Shown one piece after another: positions 1 to 13,206 of a stretch of DNA of 64,000 nucleotides (position 1 is the stretch's first letter; each line of letters begins with the position of its first letter). The notes under the pieces were generated by a model. It saw nothing but the letters and a program-made list of their open reading frames with translations. It was not told where the DNA came from and did not search any database. A program made the translations under genes and the position numbers. The DNA comes from Lophium mytilinum. Taxonomy: Eukaryota. The stretch is taken from the NCBI GenBank assembly GCA_010093605.1, contig MU004184.1, forward strand, positions 1,560,801-1,624,800. Direction: 5' to 3'.

Positions 1-1972
1 AGGGAAGAGGTGGAATTAGCGAAAGGAGGCATTTGGGTAGAGCGTCAGCAGAGCCACTTTTGAGTTGAAAACACTTTTGGCAATGACAAGACATGAACCA
101 TCCTCTTGCATTACTAACAAGGGCTTGCTCGTCTGAAAGCGGGATGTAAAAGTGGAGTTCCGCATTTATTTCAATGTGCACAAAGTCCTCTCGTCGAGTT
201 TGGAAGCGGTATCAGCAAGACGGTAACTGCATGTTTTAATGGAGGATTGATTGGGCCAATTTAATATAGGTGAGATTGAATCAAGGGTGCATGGACCGGG
301 AATCAAACATTGTTTGCCTAGATGATTCACTGTTTGAGATGAAACAAGAAAGATGATATTAAGCGTTGAGAGAAACCTTATATTATACTATGAATATCCC
401 AGGAGAATGGGGGGTCGAAGATGCTCTTCCATGCCTACCTAGTGCATAGCTATTGGATACAGAACGAGCGTTCTCGAAGCTAGATGGAGACAACAGAAAT
501 GACCTTCAAAATATCCACTTGTTCCTCGCTGCTGACTTGAAGATGTCTCTTCCAGATAGCATGCAGGTAGGAACTGCTCGGATGTGCATCCTCCACTTCA
601 ACCACATGGCCTGCGTGGTTTTGCTCGAGCTAAATACGGTTAAACTTACTATCTCTTCGGAGTAATTCTATATACTAGCTCGTCCGCTAAGTGGATAGGT
701 TTTAACGTTCTCGATATCGCTGCGGCCGCTACGAAGACCCCTTTCACCGATAAATCCCCGTGTGTTGACTCGATTTAACGCTCGTATCTAACTCGCTAAA
801 TCGTGATCGAGTCATGATGATTAAACGGTAAGGCAGAAGATCACAGCACCACACAACCCTCCTGATCCGCTGGTGAATCACTCTAATGGCTACGCAATGA
901 AGGAGATCAGCAGAGCGCGCAGGAAACCTCTCCAACAGCGCCATGACATGACCTCAGGGGATGTATTGCAACGAAATTCCAATTCCAGCCCACTGGCGCG
1001 CGCGCGCCAACGAGGAAAAGCGTAGCGAATCGAGTGCAGTGTGGCTCACCGGTCTTGGTCGTGAAAAAAGGCTCCTACGGCCGGAAATTATTAAGTCAGC
1101 CTGATCGACGGGAAGGGTCGGGACAGTCTGGCAACCCAGGCTTCTCCTGAGATAGCCTGATACACGGTCCTCCCCAGAACCGGAAGAGCTGTGCTACACC
1201 CACTCAGCGAGAGGGAGGGCGCATCCAAGGCTGCTTGGCAGGCCTCCACACTTTCCGCACTGCGCTTCCAGCAGTGGCGGATTTAGCAACACCACACGCT
1301 AGGATGACGCCTGATCTGCAGGATCTCGACCAGCCCTAGCGGGCGGCTTATCGGGCGCTCAGCCAAGCGGGCGCGAAGGCAGTGACAGGATGCCGCGTTG
1401 GGGAGGGATGGACACAGCTCCGGGGAGTGATTGGCACGATCCGCCGCGATCGTCACAAGAGAGTTTGAGATGCTGGCTGCATCTCTCCCACGGCGAAGCC
1501 TTGCGCAGTTGTTGCACCGGCCGCCGATGACCGTCACGATGCGGACGCAGGTACCGCTCAAGGAGTCGCAGCTGTGGCAGCACGCCAAAGAGAGAGGCGC
1601 CAGAGCTACGCCAAGTAGCCTCTACCCGCGCCTACACCTGCAGCAGCCCACTGAGCCAAATGTATCAGCTGCCTGGCCGCCTTTCTGTGCGGTCTGCCGA
1701 AAAGGAGCAGTTCGTCGAGTCTAGAAATGAAACCCGGCGAAGCAGCGCGGGCCTGGTAAGTCCCGCGGCTGAGGTGGAACAGAGTGGGAGCGTCTTCAAG
1801 CTCTGCACCCAAGCGCGGAAACGGGCAGCGCCTCTCTTGCGCCAGCTGAGGCACACAGCACTCAGGCCCCTGGCGGCGGAAAGATGTGCCGGGCTGGACG
1901 AGCCAGTAACGCCTCGACGGCAGCCAAAAAAGCCCAAACGTGCTTGCTGCACGATGGCCTCCCCCAGCACAG

Positions 1973-2010
1973 CAGGGTTTGGCGAGGGGGGAACCCCTTG
2001 CCAAACTTTG
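1973..2010 (+). other. 17-bp stem-loop with GGAA (GNRA) tetraloop
   Basis: CAGGGTTTGGCGAGGGG-GGAA-CCCCTTGCCAAACTTTG; all 17 positions pair and the three non-Watson-Crick pairs are G-U on the + strand. Confidence 0.55.
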
Positions 2011-5000
2011 ATCAATCGGCACTATTGATTTGGGGAGCAGCCCGAAAGGGATGCATGTCGCAGCTGCATCACACAGGAGAGCGAGGGTCAGTCTCGCGGG
2101 CAGGAGACACGCGCAGATGATGCTCGACGTCGCGGCATGGAGAGGTGCAGATTAAGCACCGGGATGCCAAACAAGCTTCCTTCTGTCGAGCTGCGATCCG
2201 CGCTTGGCGAGGTTTGGCTGCCCAGGTGTGGCCCTCACGCGCGGGCGTCAGTCGGGCCGGGGGCAGCAGGATGGATGAGGCTCAAAACGTGGAGAGAAGA
2301 GAGGAGGCCGTGCAGCAACGAGCCCGATATGGCGGAACAGGCGTCGTCCACGGCGACCCGAGGGGCTAGTATCCGAAGCGGCATCGTGTACCGCTGCCAA
2401 AACACCACGGCGGCCCGTGTCGACGTTAAGCGGGCGACTCCTGTTTGATGCTGGCTAGCGTTCGGCCATCCCGGGGTCTAGCCTCGAGCACGCCGACTGC
2501 GCTCTGGCATTGCAATCATACGACGCAGCTGGAGCGGGGTCGTCGCCTGCTGCACGATAGCGGCCGGCTCTTTGCGTGCAATCCGGTGCGAGGGCTCCAT
2601 GGATGGCATGTTGCAGTGCTGCAGGCGTCAGGGGAGTGCCGCGCCCAGCTCCAGGGCCAGCATCCGTCGCCTGGAGATTTGGAACTGAAGGAGACGACGG
2701 CGAGCAGAACAGCGGCCGGGAACCTGGCCGGCGGGGGAGAGAAACCACGGTCGACCTGCCCCAAGCCGGAGGGTTCGAGGACCAAGGGACGACGAAGTGG
2801 GCGAGTCACAAAATCATTTGGACTTTCGCTTATTGCCCGCTCTCATTGGCGCGCTGCGCCATGGATGTCAGGCGGTCGGCTAGATTACATGAAGGGGTCA
2901 GTCTCCTGCAATCTGGACGGCCGGCGTGAGATTGAAGGGTGCTGCGGGTGGCCAAGTTGCAGCAGCTCCAAGGGCTCGACGATGGCGGACGGAGCGTGTC
3001 TTATGAAGAGTTGAGGTTGAAGACGTCGCCGCGGGTCCCACCAGGAAACGCCCTCCCGGGACGGCAGCGCGGTGGCAGAAGCCTCGCGGCCGTGCTCGTC
3101 GGTTGCGGCTGTGGTGTATTGGAATGGCTCCAGGCTCGCGGGATGTGGCATGCAGCTCCTTGCATTGGCGCAACCAAGGCGCCTGGATCGCCGCTGATTT
3201 CCCACCTTTTCCCAGCGGCCACAGCGCGAGCTGACGCCCAAACCAGGCCGCTGGTAATGCACGCCAAGCACCCTCCACTCAGCCCATCACCGCCTGAAGA
3301 CCGCCGGGCGCCTCGTGCGCGATCCCCAGACCCTCTGCCCGCTGCCATTCGTGCGCCAGCAGCGGTGCCGGTGCAGGCCCGTCTAATTCGTCGCCGCCCG
3401 CTGCCTCCAACAATCGGCGCGCGTATCCAGACGTCCAGAGAGGTTCGGGCGGCCTGCAGAGCTGCTAGGCCACGTGGAGATCGCTGGGCCCGGCGGCGTC
3501 TCGGACACCCGTCTCGCGCCTTGCAGCGACGGCACGAAGGAGCCCACAAGCCAGCAGCAGCGTCAGCCGGGGGAGCAGACACGTGCCACGCTGCCGCTCT
3601 AATATAGCAGATGGAGACCAGAATAGCAGAGACCTGCGTGACCACGGGCTCAGGGAAACCGCGAAAAGCGATGACGAGGGCCGACCAGCTCAATCACTGG
3701 AACAGGGAGCCGACCCTGGCCTGCCCCGAGTGGAGAACCGATCTGGGGAGATCGAGCGTGACTATCGGCACCCAAATCCAGGGTAGCGTGCGCAGAGTAG
3801 CCGGTGCGTGGGCAGACCCTCGATCCCATCTCTTTCAACGTGCGAGGCGCCGCCCATCGCCGCAGTGCGTAAACTGCCGTCGAGTGAAGCTTGGAATAAG
3901 CTTGTGCATGCCAAGAGCTGTCAGGCCTGTCCCGATTCGCATTCTTCGGCGACCAGCTGCGTCGGCCGGGTCAGGTGCTGCGTGTAAGGTATGCTCGTAC
4001 TCGGCTAGCGCGCGGCATCCCGAGTCGTCTAACTTCGTCTCCTCATGTCAGGCCGGGCACGGGCGAGTATTGGCTGCGCTCTGGCCGCCCCCTGCCATGA
4101 CAGCGACGGCGCATCTGTCAAGTTCACGCGCCCACTGCTCCGACGACACTTGCTCCAACGACCTACGGCACCGTCGCTGCGCCTGCAGCCTGCCCGAGTC
4201 GCAGCCTGTCGCGCCCAGCCGGGCCGACGATGGGGGCCGAATGCCGCCGAACTGCTGCCAGCCTGCGCTGCTGAGATTCAGGAGGCCCGCGGCGATGCAG
4301 GCTAAGATTCAGGAGCATCGCCCGCGATCGCGCGAGCAGCTCAGGACGGGGTCTTTGTGCTGGCCTTTGTCTCAGGCCTTGGGCCCGACGGCCAGACCGT
4401 GATGGTGCAGCGGCGGGCTGGCGCCAGTCCCGAAGCATCGCGCACCCTCGCCCTGGGTTCTTGGAAAAACAAAGGCCTCTCTCGCGAGTCTGCTGGAGAG
4501 CAGCAGCGCCGCACGCCCGGGACTGGAGCCGCACGTTCCCCGGCGGGCGAGGGTGCTGGCGTAGAGTCCGGCGTGGACAGGCGTCGATTGCTGCGTGTTT
4601 GGCTGCGGCGCGGTCCAATCACTGAAGCCTCAATTCGCGATGGGTGCGAGACGTGCTTGATGCTGGACGGACGCTGGACGAGGCCAGTTGCTGCAGGTGG
4701 TGCTCGAGGTGAATGCTAGGGAGGCTAGGCAGGCTGGCACGCTGGGTTCGAGGGGGCTAGGCAGTGAATTGGAGGCTAGTGAATGCTCTTTGACCACCCG
4801 GGCCGGCGTGCAAGCGATGCCCTGTCGCTGCTCAAGCCGTCCCGCCGCGCCAACGACACCGAGAGCCCAGCCGGCAGGGTCCAGGTCTCGCAGGCATCCC
4901 GCAAGTCGTGCATTGTCGTCTGCTCAAAGCATTCACAGGCGTTGCTTCTGCCGTGCTCGTCTGCTTTGCCCTGTTGCGTCAAGTGCGTGAAAGACCAAGC

Positions 5001-6234
5001 TCCCCAGCCCTCACCTGAGCCCGCCCAGCGCCCCCTCCGATCTGGATCCCCAAGCTCGGACGAACCCTATCGCCTGGTTGAGGCCCCAGAGCTGGTCAGC
5101 CACGCGAACCCCCATCCCGGCCCTTAGAGCCTGGCGTACATATACGTGACGGCCTCCACCCTCCACTACTCAACACCTGCGACAAAGCCTCCTCGCCGCC
5201 ATCCACTCCTTAGGGCGCCAGGAACCCGAGCTCGACAAAGGATCGCCACTCCGCCCTGCAGCCCCAAGCCCTGCCCTGCCCGCCCCATCGCCGCCGCATC
5301 GTTGCCGCATTCCCCGTTGGCAGCGCCCGCCGTGTGACCGCGAAGCCGACGACGACGAAGAGACAAGACGAGACGAACGCCGTACACGTTGCTGAGGATT
5401 GCCAGGACCGTCCAGGAGTGAGGAGCGTGCCGCTGCCGGAGCGACCACGCATTGGCCAGCGATCAGAGACAGCACCTCCCCCGTATCCCGGAGCGCGGCC
5501 CAGCAAGCGTGGTGATCGTCGGTGCTCATCAGCACGGCCATATCAAGACGCTCCTCTTTACCAGAAACCAGACTCCTCGCAGCCTGTGCCACGGCGCGAG
5601 TTGCACCGCGTCTGCACGACCAGGACTCCGGGCTCTTCACCATCTTGCGCTGCTCAAGGGGAACCTCGTGCCACCGCCGTCTGCTTTCGTCTTGACTGTA
5701 CGCCCTCCCCCAGGCAGCGCCTGCTACCGTCCACTGATCGCGCGCAGAGACTGAGACTTTCTAGAAGCTTTACGGAGAGGCGTGCATCCAGCGTAGCACA
5801 TCCTGCCAACTTCTGCGCAGGTACCGCCCTTGGTCGACACCTTTCCGTCGCCCCATTTCCAGCGTCGGAATAGCCTTCCGGCCTCGGGACGTGAGCAGCT
5901 TGCCCTGTGAGCGCTACTTTTGAACTTTGGTCTCTGGAAAGAGTTCTTTACAGGTCGCGTCGCTGTTGTCTGCATCCAGTCAGCGTCTCCTTTTCAGACC
6001 ATCCTCTTCTCACGTCGAGTACTTGGCCCAAAGCCAGCACCACTGCCCTTCCTGGATTACTCTCAGGCTACACGTGGGCATTACTGGCCTAGTCCAAACC
6101 TCACGACTCCTCCTTTTGTAGCCTCCCAGCTGCAGTCGTTGCCGACCCCCCCAGCATCAGAAGCCGGACGGCCATCTGGCCTTTCCCCTCACCAAACCGC
6201 AAACGTGGCTGCCGCCGTGGCCCATCCCACCCAA

Positions 6235-7628
6235 ATGCATCCTGGGCCCGACCCGTTGGGTGCACCTCCAAGCTTTGCGGCTAGGAGGCCCAACGCGTCG
6301 AACCTGGGTACATTCGAGCTGCCACCGCCGCCTCCGCATATGCAGAACATGAAGCACAACTACTCCTCTTTCAACACCATCAACGCGTCGCAATCATCAC
6401 AGGCCCCTTCGACGATTGCTGGCGTTGGCAGCTTGCTCACACCCCCGAGCAACCTGTCTGGTGACGGAATCAGCCCCGTTTCTGGAGTAACGACGACCAG
6501 CTCCAACTCGACGCAGAGTATGCAGTATACTCCCAACGGGCAGTACATATATTCGCCGCCGGCTCAGGCACCTAGTGGATATGGATATCAGCCGGGCTCG
6601 CAACCTCCACAGTCTTACAACAACCCCTCGAGAGGTATGTTTTCGCCAGTATACTCGAACCAGCAAAGGCATCCTGGCTCACACCAACAACGTGAAGGAT
6701 TACCGCCTCCGCCATACGAAGTCAATCTGCCTCCGTTCCCTGCGTCAGGGTCCATGGCTGCACCTTCAAATCTGCCGACCATGTCTGCTCAGCAGCAGCA
6801 TCATCAGGCGATGAATAACGCTATGATGAACGCACAGACTCCTGTTTCTTCGTCAGCGCCGCAACAGTCTCCAGTTCACGCACAGGAGGGCTTCCAGCGA
6901 CCGCCTCCGACGCCCACATACTATGGATCCCAGCCATCGACGACACCGCAGCAGCAGTCGTTCCCTTATTCGACCGGGCCTTCGCCGACCCAGCAGAGCC
7001 CGATCAGCGCGGGTGGATCAATGTCCAGAATGTCCCCGGCGAACAGCCAAGGACAAGTTACGTCGTTGCAGTCTGCACCGTCGCATTCGCCACATCCATA
7101 TTCTCGTCCGTTCGGTGGCTATCTCCCACCAGGCCCCGTCTTGTCGAATGTGAACAACCCGAACGGTCAGCTCGCGCTAGTAGGTGGAATGAATCATGCA
7201 ATGATGCCTGGTTTCAACAGTGGCCATGCGGCTACTATGCAACACATGTACGGAGGACACCACCCACAGCAGCCGCAAGCCGCGAACGATAGGCCGTTCA
7301 AGTGCGATCAGTGCCCGCAAAGCTTCAATCGAAACCATGACTTGAAGCGACATAAGCGCATACATTTAGCTGTGAAGCCATTCCCTTGCGGCCACTGCGA
7401 CAAGAGCTTTTCGCGAAAGGATGCTCTCAAGGTTCGTGCAATAATGAATCAAAGAGAAATGAAACCCGACTAACCATGACGCAGAGGCATATTCTTGTAA
7501 AAGGCTGTGGCAAAGTGTCGTCTGGCGGCGACGGCGAAAAGAACGAGAGCCTTTCTCCAAACGACAAAGGCTCTTCGGGCGCCGGCGATATCGCTGACAG
7601 TAAACCCGCGATTTCCAGCCACTCATGA
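6235..7628 (+). CDS. C2H2 zinc-finger transcription factor (two C-terminal fingers, Pro/Gln/Ser-rich N-terminal region)
   Basis: FKCDQCPQSFNRNHDLKRHKRIH-LAVKPF-PCGHCDKSFSRKDALK|RHILVKGC. Intron 7432-7484 (GTTCGT...GACTAAC...GCAG) restores the second finger. First ATG is 6235; possible GTG start at 6205. Confidence 0.9.
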
Positions 7629-8650
7629 TCGAATTGTGTACTTGTTCATGTCCAATTTTCGCTTCTACTCCCTGTATAACTACTTTCCTTCCGCTCGAGC
7701 ACTCGTTAGGGCCGCTTTTCGCTGGGTTTGCAAAATTTCGCCATCCGCATTGCGCGATATGACTTGTGTTTTATGGTAATGTTTTTGGCGTGCTTGCTGG
7801 GGCTTAGGGATTCTATGGAGTCGATGGTGCCCTGCTTGCGGTTGTGGTTGATGCGGATACCTCTTTCGTCTGTTTCTCTATTTTCTCCGGCGATCTCTCT
7901 CGCGACGCTTTGTTGGCTTCGCGTTTCTTTTGGTTGTTTCTCCGTGCATATCCACGTTGAGTGAACTGGCGGCTAGGTGCCGGGGGTGTGGTGTATTTGG
8001 AACGGGTCTTCGATGAATGGATGCAGGCTTCTAAGAGCGGCTCCACGGCGTAAAACTGTCGGGCTCCTGGGTTGAGAGATGGGTAAAAGTGCTACGATTA
8101 GGAGGGTATTGCGATATGAATCATGCCCTATTTCCCCATCAGTATTGGCTTCCTGTGACTTGAGTGCTGCAGTGATCAGTGTATGAGTGTGGTAAGTAGA
8201 GCCTTGATGAATGGGAGCATCTCCATCACGAGAAGAGGAGGTGTTGTCGGGTACGTGCAGGTTTCGCCCGTGACCTAGAGGCTAAACCCTGAACCATGCA
8301 GGCGGAGATCTCCGCGCTATCAACGTCAAGTCCTCATCCTCGCTACAAGGGACGTTGTTCCTCCAACATTAACGCTTTGCGAACCTCGGAGTGCTTGAAA
8401 TGCTAAGAGATTGCTAACATGCACATTGATGCCGTTGTTCTGGCGTCCCGGCGCTCTCGGCTTGAGCCTGGGCCGTGGCTCCCTTCATATCACATTCCTG
8501 GCTAGTAAGGACAACACCACGGGTCTATCATCATAGCGTAGGTTAGAAAGAGCACAGGTGAGGTGAATTAGAAGCCATTTACAGGTAGTTGTGAACTGGA
8601 AAAATGTGCATGTGAAGTCTTCCACTGTCTTAAAATCCCACGTGCGCTCA

Positions 8651-8666
8651 ACGCGTCGAGACGCGT
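8651..8666. promoter_or_regulatory. Tandem MCB (MluI cell-cycle box) elements
   Basis: ACGCGT at 8651-8656 and 8661-8666, about 710 bp upstream of the Gin4/Hsl1-like kinase. Confidence 0.5.
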
Positions 8667-9378
8667 CTCTTCTCGATCTTTCTCTCAGCAGTTCCCCGAA
8701 TTTTCGCTGCTTCATCTTGGGATCTTTTCTTGGCATTCCACGTGCTGTCTCGGCAACGCATTCCGCAGCCATAAAACTCTTCTCGCACGCAGCCTTCCAG
8801 CCTCAACCTTGCCCGCCGTGCCACATTCCGCCAGCAGCACAATTGCGTACACTAACAGGTTCAAACGCTAACATCTCCATCATCTTCAGACTCTCTCTTA
8901 CCTCTGGGCCTTTTGTCGTGCCTGCTTTCACTCGTTGGGCGCTTCCCGTCCGCCTCAGTGATCTCGTCTCAATCCACGGCAGCCGCTTCCAACCCACCAG
9001 CAGATTCCCTTCGCCTCTCCCCATCGACATTAGCCACGTTGTTGCAGGCCTTGCAAGCTTTTGGAGCATTGGTAAAGCAAGTTGACTGCTTCGCCTTGCC
9101 GTCCTCTCGTTTTGTCATCTCACCTCCCCGAGACCGGCCCGACGACGCCCGGCCACAACAACAATCGGAAAACAAACAACACCTCGGCGATGCTTGATCA
9201 GACTCAGTGATACTTGGACGAGTGTTGGACACCAAGGCTTGGATTGGTACTACCAATTGCATCTTTTACATCGCAGATATCAGGACGCGCTCCGAGCCCC
9301 GCAACCTCGACATTCCATTGGATCTCGAACAGCGTTTACCTCTGCTCTGTTTACTCACTTGTATACACCCAACTCAAC

Positions 9379-12300
9379 ATGGACCGCTACCGTCAAGAAC
9401 GTCCTCCGTCGCGTCGGAGGCCTCTACATGACAACACCCTTCGCTCGAATGTGATTTCCACTCCACCTCGCCTCGCAAAGGGCAAGGAAAACCATCGCAG
9501 TAACGCCCAGCCCTCTTCGCCCGGCAACCTTCCCCACAACGAGTCTCTTGTTGCCAATGGAACTCTAGCCGTTCGACATCACCACGATCCTGTCGCAGAG
9601 AACAAGCGCGTCTCCGCTGTTTCGAACGAAGAGCATCACAACAAGAGAGACTCGGAGATCTCCAATGCAAGCACCAACGCGTCTGACTATAGTCGCCGTC
9701 GGAAGACACACATAGGACCTTGGCAATTGGGAAAAACAATTGGTAAAGGCGGATGCTCTAGGGTTCGGGTCGTGAGACACTCTGTTACCCAGCAGTATGG
9801 AGCGGCCAAGATCATCTCGAAGGCCACAGCGGAAAAGGTGCGAGCTTTGAGCTTAGCCAATCTTATCAAGAGCGCTGAGACAGAGGCATCGCTATGGTCT
9901 GGCGGCAAAGTCATCCCTTTCGGCCTCGAGAGAGAAATTGTCATCATGAAGTTGCTGGAGCATCGCAACATCGTCAAACTATACGATGTTTGGGAGAATC
10001 ACAATGAGCTGTAAGTACCAATCCATCTATATTGCTCGCGCTCGCTAATATGATTCAGGTACTTGGTTATGGAGTACGTCCAAGGTGGTGAGCTGTTCCA
10101 CTATATCGAAGAGCAAGGAGGCCTCCAGGAAATCGAGGTGGTCCACCTCTTCCGACAGATCATTGCTGCTTTACTCTACTGTCATCGGCTTCACATACAC
10201 CACCGGGACCTGAAGCCTGAGAACATTCTTTTGGATCGATCTACCTTTGAGATAAAGCTTGTCGACTTTGGAATGGCAGCTTTGCAACCTGAAGGCCAGA
10301 AACTTAGCACTCCTTGTGGAAGCCCGCACTATGCTGCACCAGAAGTCATTCGATTCAGAGCCTACGATGGAGGCAAGGCAGACGTCTGGAGCTGTGGCGT
10401 CATACTTTATGTGATGCTTACCGGCACTCCGCCATTCAACTACTCGGGCGATGATCGCGACCTCAAGGACCTTTTCAGAGCCATTTCACTAGCCGACTAT
10501 GTCATGCCTGACATGATCTCGAAGGAAGCTCAGGATTTGATCCGTAGGATTCTCGTCACTGACCCCACGCGACGCATCAGCATCGACGACATATGGGCGC
10601 ATCCTTTCTTGCACAAATATGATTCGCAACTCAGTTTCCGAGGTGAGAATTCCAAAAAGGAAACGTGGATCGGACCGTCACCTCGAGTTGACGATTGGGA
10701 TCCTCTTTCGAGGCGCGATATCGATAGAGAAATCTTCCGTAACATGCGGATGCTCTGGCATAGCGAGAAAGAGGAAGTCCTAGTACAGAAGCTGTTGAAC
10801 GAAGACAACAATCACGAAAAGTACTTCTACAGTGCTCTAGTGAAGCACAGGGACGAGCAGTTGGAACACTACGTGCCTAGTCCTGGCGGTATTGGGTATT
10901 CCGCTAGTGATTACCATCACAACAAACTTGCTCGGGAAGCTGCCATACGCCGCCTACCGCCAAAGAACCATCAGCGATCGCAGTCGCAATACTCTATACT
11001 GAATGACGAGCATCTGTATTCAAAACACAGCTTCTACGAACCACCACCTTCCGACGCTAGCTATGATCCCTTCAGAGCGTCTCGGGATCCAATCGTCAAC
11101 AACAAGGTCAATTACGTCAACGTTACCGTCCTACGAGGATCATCGAATGGAAGCCGCAAGCCCAAGGGCATGGGCGAGCGCCAGAGAAGCTCATTGAGGG
11201 TTCAAACTCTCAAGAACGCCCGAGTGGGTAGCTCGGGCCTTTCAAGCGCGGTGTCAGCCACTCACAGAGCAAATGCTGCAAAGCGTAGGTCCATGTCTCG
11301 CGGATCCCTGACGAGCTCCCTCTGGCCAAGCAGTCCTCCGGTAGTGATAGCTGCGAGGCCGAGCAGCACGGTCAAGAGAGGCGTGAGCTTCACGCACTTA
11401 CGACGAACATCGACGGTCTCAGTGCTCAACGCAGACCTTCAGTATACCCCTGAGCAACGCAAATTCCTGAGTCGTCCTCAGGAAGAAAGCGCCACTTTGT
11501 CTGTCTCCTCAAGGTCTACGGCTAGACCAAATGAAGCATCGGCAGCTCATACGTCTAGAGCACCCACAAGCCCGAAGGTCCCACGTCTTAGGATTCGCAA
11601 ACCCGAAAGCCCGAGCAGATACATTCAGTCCGAAGCTCGCAAGGTCAGCACCGAACTTGAGAAGGTCATGGAGGAAGCGTTCAACCGTTCCTCAATCAGC
11701 TCCAGTGTCAGAACGTCCAACACAGATAAGAACCATGATCCGTTTGGGTTTGATACACCCCCAACCTCGTTCTCCAACCAGTCGGGCGGGCTTTTCGCTA
11801 GCTCTACCCCGACGGACTTCAAGAACCGGCCACTACCTCCAATACCCACCGAGACCCCCAACACTTTCCTTCAGCGCGAGCTCGCGCAAACTCGGGACCG
11901 ACTTGCGCGATTTGCATCAGAGGATGAGAACACTACTGCGTCTTTCAACGAGGTCTTGAACCATCTTGATCGTCTCCTGCAACCGGACAACGCTAAGCGC
12001 ACCTCTTCCGCTCCGCCAAAGTCGCCGGAATATCTTGGATACCTACCGATCATCTCCGAGAGTCGGGCGGAAGAAGGAGATGAGCACAAGCGTTCGGTGA
12101 CGGATCCCCTCAAAGGTAGACCTGCATGGCAGAGCAGGGCCGCGACAGACTACACTTCCACTATTCGTGTCGTCAATCCTGACTCACCGACTGCCGTTGC
12201 TCCTCTCAACATCCGCAAGAAGAGCGGTGCTAGCACTAGCACAAAGTCGTCGGTTCCTTCACACGATGCTAACGGTGAGAAAACAGTGCGATGGTCCGGC

Positions 12301-13206
12301 CCAACGTCGCTCCCTCGTGCAGCCACACCTACACCACCTCATAAGGGGCCAGGCGATGACCAGGATGCAACCATTAGATCCCTCAGTAAGAAGCGATCTT
12401 GGTTCCGGAGAGTTGTCAGCGATAAGGGCGCTCAGGAGCACGATCGAGGTCAACACGACACTCGTCTCAGAATTCCCGAGGCATGGCAAGGGCTCGATGA
12501 TCGCATCAAGAACGTCCCAGCCCCGCCTATTCCTAGCGCGATCGAGCCACCAACGAAACATGCGAAGAAGCAATCTGATACCAGCAGCGAGTTCCCTATG
12601 CGCGAGGAGAAGAAGCCTGGCAAGGGCGACGGAAACGCAGGTCGCCGCGGCTTCTTAGGCTTATTCGGCAAGAAGCACAAGGACGACAGGAACTCAGATG
12701 GGTACAAGATGGGCTTAGCCGCTGACAGCAACTCACTCCTCGAGTCGAGCGGTTACGATCTCGCATCCGATGATGGAAACGCCTACCGCCCAGACTACCA
12801 AACCAACTGGCTCTCTCGCTTCTTTCACATCAAGCCTGCAAGCAAGACGCTTTGCTTCCACATCGGACGCGGCCGTGCGCGGCAGGAGCTGGTGCGTCTG
12901 CTGCGTGATTGGCAGCGCTTCGGCGTACGTGACGTATTCTTTGATCGCAAGACCAACATCGTCAATGCGCGTGTTGATAAGTCGAATCACCTGAAGATCA
13001 AGCCGGTCTCTCTCGTTATCGAGCTCTTCGTCGTCCTCGAACACGGTCGTCGCGCCCAGCTTTGCATCGCCCGCTTCACGCAGACCCGCGGCGCGGCATC
13101 CAGTTTCCGCAAGGTCGTCGACATTGTTGAGGATGTATTCAAGGCCAAGGGTGTTCTGATTGAGGACGAAGAGAAGAAGAATGCAATGTGTGAAGTGCTG
13201 GGATGA
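9379..13206 (+). CDS. Nim1/Gin4/Hsl1-family Ser/Thr protein kinase
   Basis: IGPWQLGKTIGKGG, AAKII, HRDLKPEN, DFGMAALQP, CGSPHYAAPE, C-terminal NWLSRFFHIKP KA1-like region. Intron 10011-10058 (GTAAGT...GCTAAT...TCAG). Confidence 0.9.

Noticed and set aside
994..1009. Perfect palindrome TGGCGCGCGCGCGCCA
   Set aside because: A short (GC)n microsatellite is palindromic by nature; no supporting context.
1283..5873. Many overlapping 60-260 aa ORFs on both strands
   Set aside because: High GC explains the lack of stops; Arg/Ala/Pro-rich translations with no recognisable domain, many with non-ATG starts.
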